DNA of 64,000 nt from Limnobacter sp. (GTDB lineage Bacteria; Pseudomonadota; Gammaproteobacteria; Burkholderiales; Burkholderiaceae_B): positions 21,466-85,465 of the forward strand of contig NZ_CAXQZX010000129.1 in the NCBI RefSeq assembly GCF_964228395.1. Direction: 5' to 3'. Shown piece by piece: positions 30,537 through 39,346 of the stretch. Every line of letters starts with the position of its first letter. The first letter of the stretch is position 1. The position numbers and the translations under genes were made by a program. A model generated the notes under the pieces. That model saw only the letters and a program-made list of their open reading frames with translations, had not been told where the DNA came from and did no database searches.

Positions 30537-30878
30537 CTACTGCTGCTTGATCAAGGACTCAAAACTTTCTGACACCTTGGTGCCAACTTTTCCTGTGAGT
30601 TGAACAGAAACTGAATTCATGGAGCTTTGATGCATGGCATGCACCAGGCCCATCACATTGTCTTTGTAATCAAAGTCTTTCAATTTGGAAGACACTGCCA
30701 GCTCACCACGAACCAGGCGATTTTCAGCACCATCAATGAATTGCTGTATCGTGCCCAGTGCCTGATTGCCGCCACCCAGCAATTCTTTGAATTGCGAAAC
30801 GTCGGCCGCGCTGATTGCCGTTGAGGCTACCGGCTTGATTGCGGTGGTCGATGTAAGACTTGCCAGCGAGTCAATCAA
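30537..30878 (-). CDS. sctI: T3SS inner rod protein SctI (YscI/PrgJ/HrpB2-like)
   Basis: The C-terminus (SVSVQLTGKVGTKVSESFESLIKQQ) fits the rod-protein VxTLxK-type ending. It lies directly upstream of sctF. I prefer the TTG start at 30878 (GGAG 8 nt upstream, 8-nt overlap with the sctP stop), which gives 113 aa. The ORF-track ATG is at 30935. Confidence 0.6.
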   Translation of the reverse strand: MIDSLASLTSTTAIKPVASTAISAADVSQFKELLGGGNQALGTIQQFIDGAENRLVRGELAVSSKLKDFDYKDNVMGLVHAMHQSSMNSVSVQLTGKVGTKVSESFESLIKQQ

Positions 30879-31410
30879 TTGAGATCTCCATTGGAACCCC
30901 CAATTGTTTGGAAAGCCCCTTTGACAACATTGCACCTAAAACCTTTTGCTCAGTCAGGCTTAAACGCTTCGGCAATTCAAGGGCAAGCTGCAATACCCCT
31001 TGTGACCAACGACCACGAAGCCGCAAAGCTCCCAAAGTGGTGTTTTCAATCACCATCGTGAATGGCTCTTTTGTATCTTCCAATTTGCCAAAACACTCTT
31101 CCTGTTTATTGAGTGAGGAAATAAGGCAGTTGGTTCCATTTGGGCTGCTTTTGTTTGAATGGTCGTTGAAGCCCTTGTCTGGTGAGGCTTTGGGTTCATC
31201 TGACAAAGGGTTGAATAACAAGCCTAGAAACTCACCTGTTAAATCCTCAGGATGGTCGGCCTTTAATTGATTGCAACGCGAAATGTGTGGGGCATGGCGT
31301 GATACATCAACGCGGCTCGATGGTTCCACTCCACTGGCATGTTTTTCCAGCCGATCTCGAACGCGATTCGCAGTTGAAAGTGGGTTTTGTTCTTCACGGA
31401 TTGTCATCAT
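30871..31410 (-). CDS. sctP: T3SS needle-length/substrate-switch protein SctP (HrpP/HpaP/YscP-like, T3S4 domain)
   Basis: The C-terminal segment TLGALRLRGRWSQGVLQLALELPKRLSLTEQKVLGAMLSKGLSKQLGVPMEISI matches the FliK/T3S4 pattern (LG.l.v.l....g.l.v.l .... L...L.. lg..v.i). The N-terminus looks disordered. The ATG at 31410 overlaps the upstream stop. Confidence 0.6.
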   Translation of the reverse strand: MMTIREEQNPLSTANRVRDRLEKHASGVEPSSRVDVSRHAPHISRCNQLKADHPEDLTGEFLGLLFNPLSDEPKASPDKGFNDHSNKSSPNGTNCLISSLNKQEECFGKLEDTKEPFTMVIENTTLGALRLRGRWSQGVLQLALELPKRLSLTEQKVLGAMLSKGLSKQLGVPMEISID

Positions 31411-31781
31411 CAACTCCTTTCAAGCCTGTTGATTTCCCAAAGTACTTTTTGAAATAAGCTTTGCTCTTGCTTTGAATTGGCGGGCTCCCAACCTTTCACA
31501 ATACGAATCAGAAAGCCAGGCGAGGGGGTTTCAGTAAATTCAAGACGAACTCCAGGCCAGTCCGGTGGGTTACTTGCGAGATTTTTACAAGTCGCAAGCA
31601 AGCTTGGAGAGATGTTGTTTTCGTCAATCCAAAGCATGAAAAACGTCAGTATTCGCTTTCCGTTTTGTTCAATTGAAATGCTGTTTTCTGGGTCAGGGGG
31701 TAACAAGGCCCAATGTTGGTCCATTATCAGAAAACCGTCTTCCTCTGCGTTGACCTGTTTTGAGCTGCCGGCTTTGTCCAT
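31410..31781 (-). CDS. 123 aa acidic protein, possible class I T3SS chaperone (SycN/CesT-like)
   Basis: The call rests on size, charge and its position directly after the gatekeeper gene. I recognise no diagnostic motif. Confidence 0.4.
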   Translation of the reverse strand: MDKAGSSKQVNAEEDGFLIMDQHWALLPPDPENSISIEQNGKRILTFFMLWIDENNISPSLLATCKNLASNPPDWPGVRLEFTETPSPGFLIRIVKGWEPANSKQEQSLFQKVLWEINRLERS

Positions 31782-31785
31782 ATTG

Positions 31786-32991
31786 TTAGGCCTTCAGTTT
31801 GGGAACAACCATTAGCCCACTTGTGCGCATGCTCTTTTCAAGGTGATCCACAACCTGTTTGCGATGAAAATTATTCTTATACATACCGTGCAATAACTTA
31901 CTTTGAAGAATTTGCCGGTTGTAATTGGTTAAAAACATATTGCTTGCACCCACTCGGAGCCCTTGGACTGAGCTCGCTGATCGAATGAGTGCGCTAACAC
32001 CTGCAAACAGGTCGTTGGATACTGTAATTTGCAGGCACGCGTCCATGAGTTCTGATACTTTGGGTAATGATTTAATTTTTGCCTTTTCACAACAGCTGAG
32101 AAATTGTTTGTGCAGGCTTTGCGCCTTGATGATGGTGCTTAATTCGCTGAGTCGCGAAAGGATCGCGTGTTGCCTTGGTGTTGTAATCCGATTGGGGTAC
32201 TGGCTCTTTTCGCGTTTGAGGATCTCTACGAAGTTGTTGTGCATCTCCACCAGTTGCTCTGTTCCATCGCCTTTGTCGATCGACGCCTTGACATGCTTAA
32301 AAAGCTCCAGAATTTCCGCATTCTTTTTTTCGCTTTCCGGTAACTCTATCAAGCTGTAGGCGCGGACAAACTCACGCAGGCTGACGTTGCTCAGCTTCAT
32401 GTCGTGCCCCTGATCAATAGCACTCAGCTTTCCAAGAATAGCCTCGCCGTGAACATTCTTTAAATAGTCGCGATGCTTGCCAACAAGCACCCTCGTTTCT
32501 GGCGTTATAGAAGGATCCTCAAGAATAATTTCTGCAAGTAAAAATTTTCGAAGAATTTTGTCTTGATCGCTGAGCTTGGTTGAACGGTCGATCAAACTGG
32601 GGCTTTTTTTGCGAAGCGATGCCTCAAAGGACTCAATGTCCTTTTGAAGAAAGAGTGGATCGCTGGTGAACATGGCTTGGTAGCGAAGGACATTGGTCGA
32701 CACCTTATGTTTTGGCAATTTACTTCGGTGTAAGCCTCTCGCATTCATCGCAAGGGCTTGCTCCTCAGCGCTAACCTGGGGTTTTGTAAGTGCTGCTTCT
32801 TTGTTTTTTTGGTCAATACTTTTGTCGCTTGGCGTAGCAGCTGTTTGTTGGTTGCTGTGTGCCTTGATGAACTTTGCAACTCTCGATTTTTGTGTTGCAC
32901 TGAGTCCACTGGATCTGTTGGTGTTTTGACCGCTTTGCAGTGCCTCGGTGTTTGTGACCTCCGCCACAATCGGGGTAAGGTTGTTGCTCAT
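31786..32991 (-). CDS. sctW: Putative T3SS gatekeeper SctW (HrpJ/YopN/InvE/MxiC family)
   Basis: It is a 401 aa all-helical protein with a Ser/Thr/Gln-rich N-terminus lacking acidic residues. Its start overlaps the sctC stop (ATGA). Size and position are as for invG-invE. Confidence 0.5.
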   Translation of the reverse strand: MSNNLTPIVAEVTNTEALQSGQNTNRSSGLSATQKSRVAKFIKAHSNQQTAATPSDKSIDQKNKEAALTKPQVSAEEQALAMNARGLHRSKLPKHKVSTNVLRYQAMFTSDPLFLQKDIESFEASLRKKSPSLIDRSTKLSDQDKILRKFLLAEIILEDPSITPETRVLVGKHRDYLKNVHGEAILGKLSAIDQGHDMKLSNVSLREFVRAYSLIELPESEKKNAEILELFKHVKASIDKGDGTEQLVEMHNNFVEILKREKSQYPNRITTPRQHAILSRLSELSTIIKAQSLHKQFLSCCEKAKIKSLPKVSELMDACLQITVSNDLFAGVSALIRSASSVQGLRVGASNMFLTNYNRQILQSKLLHGMYKNNFHRKQVVDHLEKSMRTSGLMVVPKLKA

Positions 32992-34790
32992 TGTTCAGGT
33001 ACACGTGAAAGGGTTTTATCCAGGCGCATTGAACCTGTGGGTTGAAGAGAATCAGACTTATAGGAAAAGTTTTTGTCGATTAAATTGGCTGCCGCACGGG
33101 TGGACTTGTGGTTTTGAGCGGGGTCCTCAATCAGCCTGGGCACGATAAGAAACAATCGCGAAAGTTCCTGGTTTCGTTTTTCGGTGGTTCGAAATGCATT
33201 ACCAATAAGGGGCAGGCTTCCCAGCACTGGCACTTTGTATTCAAGGTCGTCTTGCGCGTTTCTGTTGTAGCCGCCTATTAGCACGGCTCTCTCTCGTTCA
33301 ATCAGCGCTTGGGTACTAATCGAGGTGTTCTGAACCCTTGGCATGCCGATGCCCGCTTGTTCCGCAATGGTGCCATCCTGAATATCGACCCGCATAAAAA
33401 TACGTTGCTCGAAATCATCAGACACAACTCTTGGGGTTACTTGTAGTAGGCTGCCCGCCGTAACTTCTTTGACCTGAGCGACTCTTTCCCCGGTCAATTG
33501 AAGAAATAGGGTTTGGCTCAGATCGATGTAAGCCGTGACGTTGTCTTGCGTCACGATGGTTGGACGTGCAAGTACCTTGATGTTTTCGTTTGCATCGAGT
33601 GCGCGCAAGCGGGCTAAAAATCTCGCGGGATCAACAATTGAACTTGCACCAGGTGTAAAAAAGTTTTCACGCCCCACGCTTTGCCCTGGGAAGTTATAAG
33701 CCACGTTTCCAGCGTTTAGGCCAAACTCCAGGCCAAGCTCACTCATGGTCTGTTGATCCACCTCCACCATGATGGCTTCGACTTCAATCATGGCCACAGG
33801 TCTGTCGAGTTTGTCAATCAGGTCTTTGTAGTAGTCGTATCGGCTTGCCGCGTCTCGGATTAAAATCGAGTTTGTTCGTGGGTCTGCTGTTACGCTGACA
33901 GGCATTGGATTGTCGGTTTGCTTTTTTTCGCGATTACCACTTAAGTCGCTTGTTTCAGACACCGGCAGTTGAGCCATGCCTTCGCTTGCTGCGAGTGCTC
34001 CATCCCGAAACATGAATGCGTTTTCATTGAGCATCCCGGCCTTGCGACGCTCGGGTGCGTTTTGAATTCGCTGGGGGGGAAGCCCGAGAAGGTTAAGCAG
34101 CACACTGAGCGCTCCGGGTGTCACCACTTTCGTATTTCGTACATCCGTGGTTCGATCATCGACTGAGGCGTATTTTAGAGGGAACACCATGAGTTTGAGA
34201 CCGTGTTTTTCGGCCTCGCTGGGGTCGGGTAACGGCTCTCCAAAGGTTGCTTCCACCAATTGAATATAAGCCTTGGGGCCTGAGACGACCAGTTCCCTTT
34301 TGTCGCGGTTAATCACAAACGGAAAATCTTTGTAGTAGAGACCACTGGAGGTGAGGAGTTCTCGCCAGTCGTCATTGGAACGGTCAGACCCACCCACATA
34401 AATTCGCTTGGTGCGCCAGTCGCTGGATTTGTAGACATACACATTGATGCCATTGACAAAATAGTTCAGCTCATAGGCCCCTTTGAAGTACGCCATGACG
34501 TCTTCAATTGACCGAACTTCAAATCGGCCACTGACTGGCCTGTTGGGTAGGCTGTCAGACAGGACCCGAAAGCCAAACATCGACACGAGGCTTTCCATGA
34601 CCCTGCGGGCACTTTCGTCTTGTGCAATGTAAACCTTGAGCTCATTTTTGCTTTGTGTCGACAAAGACGTGGAGGCTGGGGCGGCTACAGACGATTGGGC
34701 GCTTGGTCTCGCAGTGGTTTGCGCTTGTGTCTCCGTTTGATGAAGAAGCAGTGATGAGAGCAACATGGCGAGGCTAAGAAATCGTTTCAT
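32988..34790 (-). CDS. sctC: T3SS outer-membrane secretin SctC
   Basis: It has a signal peptide (MKRFLSLAMLLSSLLLHQTETQA). A secretin C-domain is present (ARPTIVTQDNVTAYIDLSQT.., VLIGGYNRN, KVPVLGSLPLIGNAFR, SRLFLIVPRLI). I prefer the ATG at 34790. Confidence 0.95.
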   Translation of the reverse strand: MKRFLSLAMLLSSLLLHQTETQAQTTARPSAQSSVAAPASTSLSTQSKNELKVYIAQDESARRVMESLVSMFGFRVLSDSLPNRPVSGRFEVRSIEDVMAYFKGAYELNYFVNGINVYVYKSSDWRTKRIYVGGSDRSNDDWRELLTSSGLYYKDFPFVINRDKRELVVSGPKAYIQLVEATFGEPLPDPSEAEKHGLKLMVFPLKYASVDDRTTDVRNTKVVTPGALSVLLNLLGLPPQRIQNAPERRKAGMLNENAFMFRDGALAASEGMAQLPVSETSDLSGNREKKQTDNPMPVSVTADPRTNSILIRDAASRYDYYKDLIDKLDRPVAMIEVEAIMVEVDQQTMSELGLEFGLNAGNVAYNFPGQSVGRENFFTPGASSIVDPARFLARLRALDANENIKVLARPTIVTQDNVTAYIDLSQTLFLQLTGERVAQVKEVTAGSLLQVTPRVVSDDFEQRIFMRVDIQDGTIAEQAGIGMPRVQNTSISTQALIERERAVLIGGYNRNAQDDLEYKVPVLGSLPLIGNAFRTTEKRNQELSRLFLIVPRLIEDPAQNHKSTRAAANLIDKNFSYKSDSLQPTGSMRLDKTLSRVPEQ

Positions 34791-35442
34791 TGTCGTCCTC
34801 GCTAAAGTGCATGACCGTTTCAAGCTCCCGGCCCAATGCCTCTATTTCTTCTTTATAAATTGCCTTTAGATTGTCTAGGCAGACCCGTATTTCAGCGCCG
34901 TTGCTGGTGCTGATCATGACCTCAAATGGGGAGAGATTTTCTCTGGGTTTTACCGCCCATTTTTTCAGGTTGAGTTGCTCTGCCATAACCCGTGAAACTT
35001 CAGCTTCAACCATGCTGAGTTGACTGGTGTGGCAGCAAATAAGGAGCTCGCGACCATGATGTTGAACTTTGAGCAGCTTATCGACCAAGACCTCAATTTT
35101 TTGATGAGGCGCCATGTCGTCAATCATTTGATCGAACACGGCTTTACAAATTTCGGTGCAAATGGTTGATGACTTCGCCAACAGCCCCTGCTCCTTTTGC
35201 CGGGTAAGTTCTTTGAGCGCATTGAGGTCTGCGTGGATGGAGGCAGCCATCCGTTCCCTGGCCGTTTCCCGAATTTGAGTGGCTTCCATTTCAGCGCGCT
35301 GTCGTATACTTGCTGCGGTTTCTTCGGCTTTGGCCACAATCTCGACGTGGCTGGCCACATGGTTAAGAAGATGGGCCGGAATGATTGGCCCACTTGTTTG
35401 AAGCTCCCTTGGAAAATGCACTCGGCGAAGATTTTTAAGCAT
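34774..35442 (-). CDS. sctL: T3SS stator/ATPase regulator SctL (HrpE/YscL/FliH-like)
   Basis: It is about 222 aa with an N-terminal charged helix (EIVAKAEETAASIRQRAEMEATQIRETARERM) and a FliH-like C-domain. It lies between the sctK-like gene and sctC. I prefer the ATG at 35442. Confidence 0.75.
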   Translation of the reverse strand: MLKNLRRVHFPRELQTSGPIIPAHLLNHVASHVEIVAKAEETAASIRQRAEMEATQIRETARERMAASIHADLNALKELTRQKEQGLLAKSSTICTEICKAVFDQMIDDMAPHQKIEVLVDKLLKVQHHGRELLICCHTSQLSMVEAEVSRVMAEQLNLKKWAVKPRENLSPFEVMISTSNGAEIRVCLDNLKAIYKEEIEALGRELETVMHFSEDDNETIS

Positions 35443-36193
35443 CGCTGGTTTCCTGCCATGGGTTTGTTTCATCCAGTTTGGCCAGTGTTTCGGTTTCCTC
35501 GTCCTCCTGAAGATCAAAGGGTTCGATGTCATCACTGGGGTACCTGAGCAATACCCGCTCGTGCAAGGCGACAAGCATGGGTTCAAACCAGGATTCGCAA
35601 CTGGCCTGGGCTTCTTGGGGAATGAGATCCACCGATTTCAAGATCAGCGTTATTTCAAATGGCAAAGTCAGCTGAAATCGTTTGTAGAAATTCGGGTAAA
35701 AGCTTTGCAAATAAGCCCCAACACAAAGCAAGGCACGGGTATGCATGTGCATGTTGTAAGAGTCGCCTTGGTTGAGGGTGATCAACAATGATTCGCGCCA
35801 AGCTTTTAAGGCATGTGGAATCTCGTGGCGCCATTGAATGATTTGTCGCACCTGTTCGGGGGAGTCCACGCCGAAGTGCTGACTCCATTTTTGGGCACTT
35901 GCCTGAAGAATATTTGGACCCAAACTGAGGGTTGCGGCCTGGACGAACGTTTCAGAGATTTCCTCTTGTTCGGCCAGAGCAAGGCTGCGAAGTTGGGGGC
36001 GCTCAATCAAATAGGCGTCGGGGGTGTCTGGAAGTGCCAAACTGCCCCGCAGCTCCAGAAACAATAGATAACTGGGTTGCTTGAGCAGCTCAGTCGCGTA
36101 GGGCAAGTGGATGACTTGGCTGCTGTGTATGCTCACCAAGGGGTTTCCCCACCAGCGCCACCAGTCTTGAAGGTAATTGCTTGAATCATTCAT
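35435..36193 (-). CDS. sctK: Putative sorting-platform protein SctK (HrpD/YscK-like)
   Basis: It is about 252 aa and soluble. Its ATG at 36193 overlaps the sctJ stop (ATGA). It lies between sctJ and sctL. The assignment is by synteny only. Confidence 0.45.
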   Translation of the reverse strand: MNDSSNYLQDWWRWWGNPLVSIHSSQVIHLPYATELLKQPSYLLFLELRGSLALPDTPDAYLIERPQLRSLALAEQEEISETFVQAATLSLGPNILQASAQKWSQHFGVDSPEQVRQIIQWRHEIPHALKAWRESLLITLNQGDSYNMHMHTRALLCVGAYLQSFYPNFYKRFQLTLPFEITLILKSVDLIPQEAQASCESWFEPMLVALHERVLLRYPSDDIEPFDLQEDEETETLAKLDETNPWQETSDA

Positions 36194-36978
36194 TCTTTGT
36201 TGAACTTCGCATGTAGTTTCTTCAGCGTTTCGGGCCAGTCTTTGACGTCCCTGGCTTGCAACCAAACCATGGTGATCGACAGGCACCACAATCCAATGAT
36301 CAGGTACATCACGGTTAAAAACACCCACCTGTCAGAGGGGTGTATGGCCACTGGGCCATACCAAAGCAAAGCGATGCAATTTTCTTGCAGGTTTTCTGCT
36401 GGAACCGCCGCCACAGAGACGGCGGTGTGTGCATCGCCTGAGAGCCCTGGAATGCTGTTGAACACAAGCTCACGAACACGAGGAATGTAAGCCTGAAACG
36501 ACGTGCGCTGGTCGTATTTGACAAACACAGCGGCCGATGAGGGTGTGAGTGGTTCACCTGGGTTAGTACGCTCGGGTAGCACAATGTGCACTCGGGACGA
36601 TATGACACCATCCATCCGCATCAGGGTTCTTTCTAATTCCTGGGACAGGGCATACAAGTAACGCGCGCGCTCTTCGAGTGGGGAGCTGATCATGCTCTCT
36701 TTTCGGAATACCTCGCCCATCGATGACTTTTTGTCCCTGGGAAGCCCCTTGGATTGCAGAATCTTCAGGGCCTCGGAGGACATGCTTCTTGGAACGGTAA
36801 CTGTGACGCCTGTTTTGGTGGTCTCGCGTTCAGCCGGGATGCCAACCTCCAGAAGGGTGGAGTAAATTTGATTGGCTTCATCCTGCTCCAGCGCGCTAAA
36901 AAGGACAGTGTTGCTGCTGCAGGCATGCAGAAGGATCGCCAGGAGCATCCACCGAATAGATTTACAGGTTTTGCACAT
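36190..36978 (-). CDS. sctJ: T3SS inner-membrane ring lipoprotein SctJ (HrcJ/YscJ/PrgK)
   Basis: It has a lipobox (LLHAC). YscJ-family motifs are present: LFSALEQDEANQIYSTLLEVGIPAE, RARYLYALSQELERTL and DGVISSRVHIVLPE. It ends with a C-terminal TM. Confidence 0.92.
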   Translation of the reverse strand: MCKTCKSIRWMLLAILLHACSSNTVLFSALEQDEANQIYSTLLEVGIPAERETTKTGVTVTVPRSMSSEALKILQSKGLPRDKKSSMGEVFRKESMISSPLEERARYLYALSQELERTLMRMDGVISSRVHIVLPERTNPGEPLTPSSAAVFVKYDQRTSFQAYIPRVRELVFNSIPGLSGDAHTAVSVAAVPAENLQENCIALLWYGPVAIHPSDRWVFLTVMYLIIGLWCLSITMVWLQARDVKDWPETLKKLHAKFNKE

Positions 36979-36984
36979 CGCGGT

Positions 36985-37410
36985 TCAGCCCCGTTTTTTG
37001 GTGATGGCTTGCACTTCTTCGCTGAGGCTGGAGAATCCACTTTCTGTACGCATCAAATTGGTGAAATATGCAGTGCTGGCATATTTCATGTGCATGATTT
37101 GCCCAGGCAAAAGGCCACTCATGGGCATGGCTTTGCCAAGCTGCTGGCCAGCTTTACGAATTTCCCAGCTGAGCTCTTCAAGCGCAATATCGGCTTTGTG
37201 AAGCCTGTTGCTGGTGTCTTCAAGTAAATTGCCTTGGGGCAGTGCCTCGGGTTTTTGCTGTTGAGATAAAACCGGGCTACTGTTTTGCAAAGAGTTTGTC
37301 ATGCTGGTCAGCAAGGTACGAAACTGCTCAACCGACTCTGCCGGCGCATGGATGTGGGCTGGTTTTGTTGTGATGGCTGCAGTATTTACAGCAGGGTTTT
37401 GTACATTCAT
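36985..37410 (-). CDS. HrpB/SctI-like small protein (second inner-rod-like paralogue) upstream of sctJ
   Basis: The ATG at 37410 has a GGAGG ribosome-binding site 5 nt upstream, and the longer track ORF would overlap the motB-like gene. It is 141 aa. The C-terminus (SSLSEEVQAITKKRG) resembles the rod-protein VxTLxK ending. Its position equals hrpB/yscI. Confidence 0.5.
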   Translation of the reverse strand: MNVQNPAVNTAAITTKPAHIHAPAESVEQFRTLLTSMTNSLQNSSPVLSQQQKPEALPQGNLLEDTSNRLHKADIALEELSWEIRKAGQQLGKAMPMSGLLPGQIMHMKYASTAYFTNLMRTESGFSSLSEEVQAITKKRG

Positions 37411-37468
37411 GCCAACCTCCGTTGAACTACTCAGGTGTGGTGACCGGTTGAGGGTTAAAGTTCCATTT

Positions 37469-38254
37469 CTAGGGCCGAAGCATGCAGCGCTCGCCAGACG
37501 AATCGTTGAACTTGGAGGCGTAGAACGGGTTTGGGGGTGGGGTTTCTCCAATCCCGTAAAACTGCAGTCGAAGTTCCACGCGTCGACTGGCGTCTTTTGA
37601 GTCACGAATATTGTTGAAAGAGACCCCTCCCGCCAAAAACAGTTGTTTGATCTGTTTGCGTTCCTCCGCAGTGAGGTCGATGGGATTTTTGCCGGCATGG
37701 CCAAGAATGAGGCACATGACCCATTCTGAGCGCTTCAAGCTGAGGTTCAGGTTGTAGAGATACGACCCGTCGGTGTCCGTGAAGCCTTCGACCACAACTT
37801 GTTTTAGCCATTTTTTTCCAAGGGGCGAGTTGGCTGTGGCCAATAACAATTCGAGTGTGTCTTGTAGGGCCTGCTGACCGATATCGCTTAAAGTATATTC
37901 ATCGGTTTTGAAACGGCCCGCCTCTCCAAAGCTGATGCGTTGAAGTGAGCAATCAACTATCACATTGGGGTTGGTGGCGGCTGTTTGTTGGGATAGCTCT
38001 GAGCAAATGCCACCAATCTCCTGTTCGCGAATTGATATGTCAGTGGTCACTGGGCTAATGCTCTTCGGTGTTGTTTCTCGCTCGATGGGGGGAGAGATGA
38101 GTTCTTCCTGTGTTCGCGCCATTTGGCTTAAAGAAGTGACCATAACGACCAGAAACAGCACCATGAGTGCAGTCATTAAGTCTGCGTAGGAAATCCAGAA
38201 AGGGCGCTCCCCTTCGTCGCGATTGTTGCGTTGGGGTAAGTGTTGACCAAACAT
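37469..38254 (-). CDS. MotB-like protein: plug/TM with conserved Asp plus an OmpA-like peptidoglycan-binding domain
   Basis: The N-terminus RPFWISYADLMTALMVLFLVVM parallels E. coli MotB (AYADFMTAMMAFFLV) and includes the channel Asp (Asp25). The C-terminus (VVVEGFTDTDGSYLYNLNLSLKRSEWV .. SRRVELRL) is OmpA/MotB-like. Confidence 0.85.
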   Translation of the reverse strand: MFGQHLPQRNNRDEGERPFWISYADLMTALMVLFLVVMVTSLSQMARTQEELISPPIERETTPKSISPVTTDISIREQEIGGICSELSQQTAATNPNVIVDCSLQRISFGEAGRFKTDEYTLSDIGQQALQDTLELLLATANSPLGKKWLKQVVVEGFTDTDGSYLYNLNLSLKRSEWVMCLILGHAGKNPIDLTAEERKQIKQLFLAGGVSFNNIRDSKDASRRVELRLQFYGIGETPPPNPFYASKFNDSSGERCMLRP

Positions 38255-38256
38255 GA

Positions 38257-39264
38257 TCAGGCCTCGCTGACGTTAGGCAGATGAATGTCGTTTTGCCTCG
38301 CCCTAATCACCTTGACAGCCATATCGTGGGCGTTGCCTGCCGAGGGCGAGCGTTCGTTCAGCTTTGACACCATCTCTTCAAGGGGGGTACGGATTTGGCG
38401 TAAAAGGGCTGTTTCGATTTGGGAGGCCAGTTTCCGGTTGGATTCGTTGAGGCTGTTTTCCAAGGCCTGGGTAAGCCCTGTGATCTGTTGGGTCTGAATG
38501 GATTCCAGTTGCCGGACCACGGGAACCATGGCCTGTATTAGCTCGTCTTTCATCAGACGAGCTTGGTTGCTTGTGGTGGTGGAATGCTCCACCAGCGTGG
38601 CGAGATACTCTTCGCCAACAGCGCCCTCAAAAAGCCCGTTGAGGCAGTCAACCAAGTGATCCAGTGCGGTGATGCAGCGCCCATAGAGCATCTTTTCCCA
38701 GTGGGTAATCACCATGGCCGCTGTGATGGCCGCAGCAGAGGCGTAGAAAGCATCTCGCACGCCAGCGAGCAGCACAGAAATGCTTTTGCTAATTGTTTCC
38801 GTGTTGGTGGCATCAAAATTGGATAGGCCGAATAACAAACCCGCAAATGTGCCAATGATGCCTATGCCAGTGAGTATTCCTGGCAGGTGTTTAAAGTACT
38901 CGACACTCAGTTGGCGGTCGACCACGGACGAGACAGAGAAAAAATGTGACGCGGGTACTGTGATTCTGCATTTGGTTCGCTTGAGTTGACCCTGGACATA
39001 GCTGGTTTGAGTGTGGAGCGTTTTGGCAAACTCCCGCCAAAGGGGATCAAATGGGGAATCTTGAAACACCCTTGCGACGCCGCTTTTGCGCATGCTTTCA
39101 TCGCCGTCGCTCATCGAGCGTATTGTGGTTCCAATTTTTTCCAGGTTGCTACATAAACTTCGAGCGGGCACCACGTAGCGGGAGTAAAAAAAGTAGCAGG
39201 CGATCAACAAGATGATCGCAACCATGGTGGGCGGGATGAGCTGGAGAATACTGACTGCGGACAT
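38257..39264 (-). CDS. MotA/ExbB/TolQ-family proton-channel protein with a C-terminal coiled-coil tail
   Basis: It has TM1 (PPTMVAIILLIACYFFY) and a loop of about 100 aa. The family-typical TM pair follows (LPGILTGIGIIGTFAGLLFGL and LLAGVRDAFYASAAAITAAMVITHW), and then about 145 aa of helical tail. I prefer the ATG at 39264 (GGAG 9 nt upstream); the ORF-track start is 39300. Confidence 0.8.
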   Translation of the reverse strand: MSAVSILQLIPPTMVAIILLIACYFFYSRYVVPARSLCSNLEKIGTTIRSMSDGDESMRKSGVARVFQDSPFDPLWREFAKTLHTQTSYVQGQLKRTKCRITVPASHFFSVSSVVDRQLSVEYFKHLPGILTGIGIIGTFAGLLFGLSNFDATNTETISKSISVLLAGVRDAFYASAAAITAAMVITHWEKMLYGRCITALDHLVDCLNGLFEGAVGEEYLATLVEHSTTTSNQARLMKDELIQAMVPVVRQLESIQTQQITGLTQALENSLNESNRKLASQIETALLRQIRTPLEEMVSKLNERSPSAGNAHDMAVKVIRARQNDIHLPNVSEA

Positions 39265-39346
39265 GGCTGCAAGCTCCCTTTTTTGATTGTGTGAATGCAA
39301 TCGAGGTGCTTGCCCCGATGGAGAAAGGAAAATTCCCTACGGTCAC

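Noticed and set aside
37469-39264. I considered reading the motA/motB-like pair as a Zorya-type (ZorAB) anti-phage defence system that merely neighbours the T3SS.
   Set aside because: - No ZorC/D/E/F/G-like effector genes follow; the next genes are sctI-like and sctJ after 58 nt with no terminator.
- The MotA-like tail is short (about 145 aa) compared with the long ZorA tail.
- The pair sits directly behind a perfect hrp box and is insulated upstream by a terminator.
- The reading is still worth excluding by comparative genomics.
15212-39264. I considered whether the cluster is a flagellar T3SS, given the MotAB-like genes.
   Set aside because: - A secretin (SctC), a YscF-like needle, a gatekeeper and hydrophobic translocators are present.
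- No FliF, FliG, FliM, hook, rod (Flg) or flagellin genes are present.
- The ring lipoprotein is of the SctJ type.
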